A stretch of DNA of 64,000 nt from an uncultured Candidatus Saccharibacteria bacterium. Lineage in GTDB: Bacteria; Patescibacteriota; Minisyncoccia; Phycocordibacterales; JACNGX01. Both the position numbers and the translations under genes were made by a program. The notes under the pieces are model-generated. The model was not told the origin of the DNA. It saw nothing but the letters and a program-made list of their open reading frames with translations, and searched no databases. The stretch is taken from assembly GCA_964621395.1 (NCBI GenBank), contig CAZULS010000001.1:64615-128614 (forward strand). Reading direction: 5' to 3'. Positions 58,843 to 64,000 of this stretch are shown here, in pieces (position 1 is the first letter of the stretch; each line of letters starts with the position of its first letter).

Positions 58843-59499
58843 TTACGGCTCGGGGCTCTTTGCGTTCTTTTCCCGTACACGAAGAAATGTGTGCCGGAAA
58901 TTTGCGATATCAAAATAACGGGACAGTGCGGGAGGCAACTCTCTGGCAATGTGTCCGGAACGGGAAAAGCCGATAACTGTTTTTCCTTTTCCCCGCAAAA
59001 ATTTTATCAGATATTCAAAATCGCAATCGCCGGAGAAAAGGATACACGTGTCAAACGTATTGAGAAAGAACGTCGCGTCTGTTGCGATTTCCACATCGAA
59101 ATTCGCTTTTCGGTGGGGCAGTCGTGCTGAGTGATCGTCGTATTCTTTGAGCGGTTTTGTCACCAGTTTGAAGTTGAGATTTTTAGCGAGAAAATATCTG
59201 AATTTCTCATGACCCGTATTTTCAAATGCCGGTGTGTAAAATCGTATTCCTGTGAACGACGGAATGCTTTTGAAAAAATCGTTCAATTTTTTATAATCCG
59301 CTGACCATCGCAGTTGTTCGCTCGGCATATGCTTGTATTCCTCAGGGACATCGTCGGGTCTGACAAACATGTCTTTTACCGATTGCTCAAGATTTGCCGC
59401 GTCGATGTAGACGGCAACGTTTCCTCGCAGTGTTTGTGTAAACTTCTCTTCATATTCACTCATGAGAACAGTATACCACAAGGACATTTTTTGGCGCAT
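58843..59499 (-). CDS. NYN-domain (LabA/PIN-like) protein, divergent paralog of 58111..58626
   Basis: VYIDAANL...DVEIATDA...ILFSGDCDFEYLIKFLRGKGKTVIGF. Confidence 0.6.
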   Translation of the reverse strand: MRQKMSLWYTVLMSEYEEKFTQTLRGNVAVYIDAANLEQSVKDMFVRPDDVPEEYKHMPSEQLRWSADYKKLNDFFKSIPSFTGIRFYTPAFENTGHEKFRYFLAKNLNFKLVTKPLKEYDDHSARLPHRKANFDVEIATDATFFLNTFDTCILFSGDCDFEYLIKFLRGKGKTVIGFSRSGHIARELPPALSRYFDIANFRHTFLRVREKNAKSPEP

Positions 59500-59531
59500 A
59501 GAAAAGGCGCGCTCACGCGCGCCTTTTCATA

Positions 59532-59804
59532 TTACTCCGAAGCCTTAAGCCCGAGTTCGGCAACGACCTTGTCATACGCTTCCTTATCGTGCTTCTTCAA
59601 GTATTTCAAATGTGCGCGGCGATCCGCAACCATCTGAAGAAGACCACGACGGGAGTGATTATCCTTGTGATTCTTCTTCAAGTGGCTCGCAAGCTCATCA
59701 ATGCGCTTGGAAAGAAGACCGATTTGCGTGGACGCCGAACCGGTGTCTTTCTCGTGCTTGGCGGTTTTCTTGATAGCATTGGCTTTTTTCTGTTTCGTAA
59801 GCAT
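59532..59804 (-). CDS. rpsO: 30S ribosomal protein S15
   Basis: HKDNHSRRGLLQMVADRRAHLKYLKKHD...LGLK. Start at MLTKQKK. Confidence 0.85.
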   Translation of the reverse strand: MLTKQKKANAIKKTAKHEKDTGSASTQIGLLSKRIDELASHLKKNHKDNHSRRGLLQMVADRRAHLKYLKKHDKEAYDKVVAELGLKASE

Positions 59805-59914
59805 AGGCACAATGATAGCACACCCTCCAAAATAATGCAAATCAGTAATTTTTGTGCTAGGATTGGGGGAGGTTTGTTGGGATTTCCTGTAACCTCTAGA
59901 ATAAGGAGGCTGTT

Positions 59915-60244
59915 ATGTCGCAAAGAGCGCACAGGGTCTTTGATATTGATCCTGATATGGCCCACGTATCTTGCATGAACTGTGGCGCGGTTACACTGGC
60001 TACTGTAGATTCTAAAAAGATATCCCCTTCCGTTGCTCATATTATTCCCCTGGACGAATTAGAGAGCGTGAAGGTAAAAATCAAGGTGCCTTTTAAAAAA
60101 GAATTTATGAAGACAAAAGCATATAATGGGTATGTAACAAAATGTCCCTTTTGTAGGCTTCAGGAGGAAGCAGAATCAAATCAACTTCTTTTTTATAACG
60201 GGATTATGCTGTTCCCGAAATATTTTGCAAGCGCTCCGGTCTAG
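59915..60244 (+). CDS. Small zinc-ribbon hypothetical protein (CMNCG...CPFC)
   Basis: ORF track; two CxxC pairs. Confidence 0.4.
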   Translation: MSQRAHRVFDIDPDMAHVSCMNCGAVTLATVDSKKISPSVAHIIPLDELESVKVKIKVPFKKEFMKTKAYNGYVTKCPFCRLQEEAESNQLLFYNGIMLFPKYFASAPV

Positions 60245-60565
60245 GGGCGCTTTTTTTGTGTGGGACCATATTACATCAGTTGTCATCCTGAACTCTTGCC
60301 GAGCCCCACCTCGGAGGTCGGAATGGACAAATGAAGGAGTAATATGTCATTCTGAACTTGATTCAGAATCTCATCGAAAAGAAGCAAATAGCGAAGATTC
60401 CGTGTCAAGCACGGAATGACAATGATGGAGTTTTGCACACAAAAGCACGATGGTCGAAGGTCGCCGCGCATTTTTTACCGTTTACATGCCCGAGCACGAC
60501 TTGTCGTGCTTTAGGGTCGTTTAACGTTTATAGTTTATCGTTAGTTTTTTGAGTATAATACCTAT

Positions 60566-61477
60566 ATGTCGCACAATATTGATGAATACATTACGCGCTT
60601 TTTAGAATATGTGGAGATTGAGCGTGGGCGCAGCTTGAAAACGGTACGCAATTACGATCGCTATTTGCGGCGCTTTGTTGCCTACTCCGGTGTGAAGCAC
60701 GTGGAAGATATTACCGATGAAGGGGTGCGGCGTTTTAGACTGTGGCTCAATAAACAGCCCTCTCCCGATGGCGGTACCCTCAAGAAAAAAACACAGAATT
60801 ATTATCTCATTGCCTTGCGGAGTTTTCTCAAATACATGGCGCGCGAGGGTATTAAAACGCTCTCTCCTGAGCGCATTGAGCTTGCGAGTGTGTCTGCGCG
60901 TGATTTGGATCTCATTTCCGTGGAAGAACTCGAGCGCTTGCTTGAAGCTCCCGGGGGGAACGACTTGAAAGCGCTTCGCGACAAGGCAATGCTGGAGCTT
61001 CTTTTCTCCACCGGTTTGCGCGTGTCGGAGCTTGCCTCGCTTTCGCGTGATATTGAAATCGACAAGGACGAATTCTCTGTGCGTGGAAAAGGAGAAAAGA
61101 TTCGCGTGGTTTTCATTTCCCCTTCCGCGCGCGAGGCGGTGAAAACATATTTGGCGGAGCGCACCGATATGGACGACGCTCTTTTTATCCAGCTTGGTCC
61201 GCGTGCAAATGCTGAAGGCGATATGAGGCTTTCGCCGCGCAGTATCGAGCGCATTGTAAAGCACTACGCAATCAAGGCCGGTATTTCTCGTAAGGTGACG
61301 CCGCATGTGATTCGTCACTCGTTTGCCACAGACCTTCTTCAAAACGGCGCCGATTTAAGAAGCGTGCAAGCCATGCTCGGCCACTCCAATATCCAAACGA
61401 CACAAGTCTACACCCACGTGACCGACCGTCAGCTCAGAGAGATTCACAAAGCATTTCATGGGAAGAGGAGGAAATAG
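60566..61477 (+). CDS. xerC: Tyrosine recombinase XerC/XerD
   Basis: R...HxxR...Y catalytic residues (LRVSELASL, HVIRHSFAT, HSNIQTTQVYTHV); N-terminal SAM-like core-binding domain. Confidence 0.85.
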   Translation: MSHNIDEYITRFLEYVEIERGRSLKTVRNYDRYLRRFVAYSGVKHVEDITDEGVRRFRLWLNKQPSPDGGTLKKKTQNYYLIALRSFLKYMAREGIKTLSPERIELASVSARDLDLISVEELERLLEAPGGNDLKALRDKAMLELLFSTGLRVSELASLSRDIEIDKDEFSVRGKGEKIRVVFISPSAREAVKTYLAERTDMDDALFIQLGPRANAEGDMRLSPRSIERIVKHYAIKAGISRKVTPHVIRHSFATDLLQNGADLRSVQAMLGHSNIQTTQVYTHVTDRQLREIHKAFHGKRRK

Positions 61478-62022
61478 GTGAGTTACGAGTTACGAGTTTC
61501 GAGAGGAGAGAGTGGTTGTTTGGGCACGATGACAGAAGAGAGGAGTTTTTAGTTGGTAGTTTTTAGAAAAGGCGCGGCTAATGCCGCGCCATAAGAAAAA
61601 AGAGGGCGGCACCGCAGGTGCCGCCCTCTTTTTTCTCCATGCTCCTCCTGTGTCATTCCCGCCTCCGAGCGGGAATCTTCGCTGTTATATGAGTGAAAGA
61701 TAAGATTCTGAATCAAGTTCAGAATGACAGCAGTATAGATGTTGCAACAGCCGCGCGGACATGAATGTCCGCGCGGCTGTTTGACAATATTTGCACAACG
61801 ATATATCCTCAAAGACAGGTAACAGCTTTTTGAATAAAACGATAAGAGACATGATTATTTTAGAGCTTGGAAAAGGCGGAAAAGTTCACAGGACCCAAAT
61901 CGCCGAAAACGTGTCACTGGAAGAATTTGCGGAAACGTCTGACAGTCGTTGTGTTGTGAGTGTAGACGAGGAAAAGCGAGTGAGAGTTTTAAAAGGGGTG
62001 TATATCTTTTTTTGTTCTCATC

Positions 62023-62379
62023 TTGACACCTTTTTCCCGGGTTGGAGAGTGGTTTCTTGAACTTAAAAATATTTTTGTCATGCAGAAACTAACAGGAAAA
62101 AGTACTGTGTTGTTCATTTCCTTATGCTCACATACTGTAGTGTCTATGGAAGTGCCTTCGGGAATGGTTGATATGCACATACGGCTTTCTAATGAGGCGG
62201 TTGTTATCGTTGTAGAGAGGAAGTATAGAGACAAGTTTTCTCGTAACGGCAAAAAATGTGAGCATGTTCCTTTTCCTGAAGTGACGGTAAAAAGAGGGGC
62301 GATAACTCCCCTGATTGAAAATTACCTCAATGAACACTTTCCTGGATGGGAAAGAGCAGATTTTCAAAAACATTTCTAA
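62023..62379 (+). CDS. Hypothetical small protein, low confidence. Shares an FPGW motif with the overlapping upstream ORF 61791..62060.
   Basis: ORF track only. No SD or obvious promoter. Confidence 0.25.
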   Translation: MTPFSRVGEWFLELKNIFVMQKLTGKSTVLFISLCSHTVVSMEVPSGMVDMHIRLSNEAVVIVVERKYRDKFSRNGKKCEHVPFPEVTVKRGAITPLIENYLNEHFPGWERADFQKHF

Positions 62380-62417
62380 TTTTCATGAGCGGCATAGACC
62401 GCTCTTTTTTGTTACAA

Positions 62418-62530
62418 TAACATACAAATCTACGAATCGTTACATATGTACGAATACTACAAATATACAAATACACGTTTTAATTTGTATTATTTGTACC
62501 ATGTGTAGATTTGTATATATTTGTAGATTC
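62418..62530. repeat. TACGAA/TACAAA-array inverted-repeat cassette immediately upstream of xthA
   Basis: ctacgaatcgttacatatgtacgaatactacaaatatacaaatacacg ... tttgtatatatttgtagattcgtaacc. Confidence 0.55.
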
Positions 62531-62537
62531 GTAACCT

Positions 62538-63314
62538 ATGAAAATTATTTCCTGGAACGTAAACGGTATTCGCGCGGTGGAACGCAAAGGTTTGCTCCGC
62601 CCATTTTTTACTGATACACAAGCAGATATTGTGTGTTTCCAGGAAACAAAAGCTACTGCCGAGCAGATTGAGAAAGAGGCGGGCGCAATCGACGGCTATC
62701 ACAGCTATTTCAATGCTCCCCTTGAGAAAAAGGGCTATAGCGGTGTTGCCATCTATGCAAAAAAAGAGCCACAGGTGGTTTGGAAGGAAGCAGGTAATGA
62801 AGAGTTTGATACGGAAGGACGCCTTATTGGCGCGGATTTTGGTGATGTTGTCGTCTTGAATGTGTATTTCCCTAATGGCGGCGGTGGTCCGGAGCGTTTG
62901 GCGTATAAATTGGCGTTTTATGATTACTTCCTTTCCTACATGGAAGAATTGCGAAAAAAGCACCCCAATATCATTATGTGTGGAGACGTAAATACCGCCC
63001 ATGAAGAAATTGATCTGGCGCGTCCGAAAGAAAATCGCGAAAATACGGGCTTTTTGCCGGAAGAGCGGGCGTGGATTGATGAGGTTATTGCTTCCGGCTA
63101 CACCGATACGTTTCGATATCTCAACCCTGAGAAATCAGGCATGTATACTTATTGGGACATGAAGACTCGCGCTCGTGATAGAAACGTGGGTTGGCGTTTG
63201 GATTATTTCTTTATTTCCTCCGCACTCCTCCCCCGCCTGAAAGATGCGCGTATCTTGAGCGACGTTTACGGCTCCGATCACTGCCCCATTGCAATCGAAC
63301 TCTCTCTGGATTAG
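62538..63314 (+). CDS. xthA: Exodeoxyribonuclease III (AP endonuclease, Xth family)
   Basis: MKIISWNVNGIR, CFQETK, VLNVYFPNGG, GDVNTAHEEIDL, SDHCPI. Confidence 0.9.
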   Translation: MKIISWNVNGIRAVERKGLLRPFFTDTQADIVCFQETKATAEQIEKEAGAIDGYHSYFNAPLEKKGYSGVAIYAKKEPQVVWKEAGNEEFDTEGRLIGADFGDVVVLNVYFPNGGGGPERLAYKLAFYDYFLSYMEELRKKHPNIIMCGDVNTAHEEIDLARPKENRENTGFLPEERAWIDEVIASGYTDTFRYLNPEKSGMYTYWDMKTRARDRNVGWRLDYFFISSALLPRLKDARILSDVYGSDHCPIAIELSLD

Positions 63315-63324
63315 GATTAAGGGT

Positions 63325-63792
63325 ATGAATATTTCACCCGAACAGCATAAAGAAAATCGAAGGATCTTGGAAGAAATACAGGAACGCAAAGGGACATCAG
63401 AGGATCTTGATGTTCTGGGTTCGGAGACATCGGTAGATGATGTAAAGAATGAAAAAGCACTTATTTTGTCATTATATAGCGAAATCAGACCGTTTTTGTA
63501 TGGCGTTGACCCCACTTTTGCTACGGAAGGAAAAGTGAATAAAAAAGATCCTGTGCGTGATATTTTGCAACATCACATCGAGACATATAAAGGAGATCCG
63601 TTTGTAGTGGTTGAGTTGCTGACAATGCTTGTGGAGGAGTTAAAGAATCTCTCTGCTGAAGAATTAACTCCCGATGTAAAAAGACAGGAGGTATACAAAG
63701 TCGTTGCACAACAGTCACTCAAGACAGTTGAAGAATTGTTTCATGACTATTTTCCTGATGAGTATGAGGCACGGTTTGTTGCTTCTGAGTAG
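63325..63792 (+). CDS. Hypothetical protein (about 155 aa)
   Basis: ORF track. Start tentatively at MNISPEQ, overlapping the xthA stop region. Confidence 0.35.
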   Translation: MNISPEQHKENRRILEEIQERKGTSEDLDVLGSETSVDDVKNEKALILSLYSEIRPFLYGVDPTFATEGKVNKKDPVRDILQHHIETYKGDPFVVVELLTMLVEELKNLSAEELTPDVKRQEVYKVVAQQSLKTVEELFHDYFPDEYEARFVASE

Positions 63793-63813
63793 AAAAGTTT
63801 ACTTTCATGCCCC

Positions 63814-64000
63814 ATGAATATTAACACCGAGCAAAATCAAAAATTACTTACTGTGTTGGTAAGATCGCTCCTCGAGTTGGTTTTAAGAGACGGCATTCTT
63901 TTTGATAAAAATATTCATGAACAAGCATTTTCGCACCGACTTGCTGTCTACGTTGAAAAGTATTTGCAGAAAGAATTGAAAGACCCTATTTTAACTCATT
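63814..64000 (+). CDS. Partial CDS (N-terminal 62 aa, continues beyond window): MNINTEQNQKLLTVLVRSLLELVLRDGILF...
   Basis: Manual translation from the ATG at 63814. No stop before the window end. Confidence 0.3.
   Translation, partial: MNINTEQNQKLLTVLVRSLLELVLRDGILFDKNIHEQAFSHRLAVYVEKYLQKELKDPILTH

Noticed and set aside
58825-59130. 101-aa plus-strand ORF
   Set aside because: It is antisense to the NYN gene 58843..59499. Plus-strand transcription here is more plausibly a short non-coding RNA ending at the 58838-58880 hairpin.
60602-61342. 246-aa minus-strand ORF
   Set aside because: It is antisense to xerC/D, which has clear catalytic motifs, so it is a shadow ORF.
3835-61729. Possibility that the hairpin repeats form a CRISPR array
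   Set aside because: The repeats are dispersed across intergenic regions and occur in both orientations with variable stems. They are not regularly spaced direct repeats separated by unique spacers, and no cas genes are present.
1-64000. Search for rRNA or tRNA genes
   Set aside because: No 16S/23S-like conserved blocks and no tRNA cloverleaf with a GTTCGA/GGTTCGAATCC T-arm signature were recognised by eye. Absence cannot be proven without tRNAscan or cmscan.

Overview
This 64-kb window appears to be chromosomal DNA from a bacterium with a small, streamlined genome. Several features are consistent with a Patescibacteria/CPR-like or similarly reduced lineage, though this is inference only: Shine-Dalgarno sequences are mostly absent, a YebC homologue lacks part of its C-terminal domain, and there is a type-IV-secretion-like operon. 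The moderate GC content is simply noted. Housekeeping content recognisable from the ORF translations includes a PilB/GspE-type pilus ATPase, ruvB, yebC and ruvC, tyrS, a class-A PBP, and an orphan RelB/DinJ-like antitoxin. The replication-origin neighbourhood is present, with dnaN and dnaA followed by rpmH-rnpA-yidD-(insertion)-yidC-jag. Further along are an Lnt-like acyltransferase with a DUF192 protein, rsmA, a BASS transporter, pcrA/uvrD, a membrane-anchored Clp-like ATPase, LysM and M23 cell-wall proteins, a 2H phosphoesterase, yifB/comM and a DksA-like protein. The right-hand part carries pnp, an AbiEi/AbiEii pair, two tandem NYN-domain genes, rpsO, xerC/D and xthA. One strand carries a roughly 12-kb operon (20300-32396) encoding VirB4-like, PrgI/VirB3-like and VirB6-like proteins together with secreted proteins, lipoproteins and TM proteins. 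The most striking property of the window is a dense set of interrelated short repeats that occupy almost every intergenic space. (i) More than 25 copies of a hairpin unit, GTCATYC-stem-loop-GRATGAC, keep their termini while the stem sequences differ between copies, and some copies carry insertions in the loop. (ii) Four 200-bp MITE-like elements, plus one 71-bp derivative, have terminal inverted repeats CTAGAACCAGTCTCACTGAAAA. (iii) A related 190-bp MITE pair in inverted orientation brackets the lnt-like gene and the DUF192 gene and supplies the stop codons of two genes. (iv) Inverted arrays of TACGAA/TTCGTA hexamers bound 110-210-bp intergenic cassettes. (v) Several smaller conserved motifs often sit next to GC-rich terminator hairpins, namely GTTGGTAGTTTTTAG, GATTAAGGT-N3-ACCTTAATC and AGAAGTTAGGAATTNGGAATTAG. 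No rRNA, tRNA or CRISPR array was recognised. A 650-bp non-coding block (40750-41409) with hairpins and terminators may encode structured RNA, but I could not assign it. A partial ORF at the left edge encodes a secreted, extreme Tyr/Asp/Gly-rich low-complexity protein. Two conserved operons are interrupted by accessory genes: rnpA-yidD-yidC-jag by a TrmB-like regulator with two small TM paralogs, and rpsO-pnp by an AbiE TA pair and two NYN genes. Coordinates of repeat features were read by eye and may be off by 1-2 nt.
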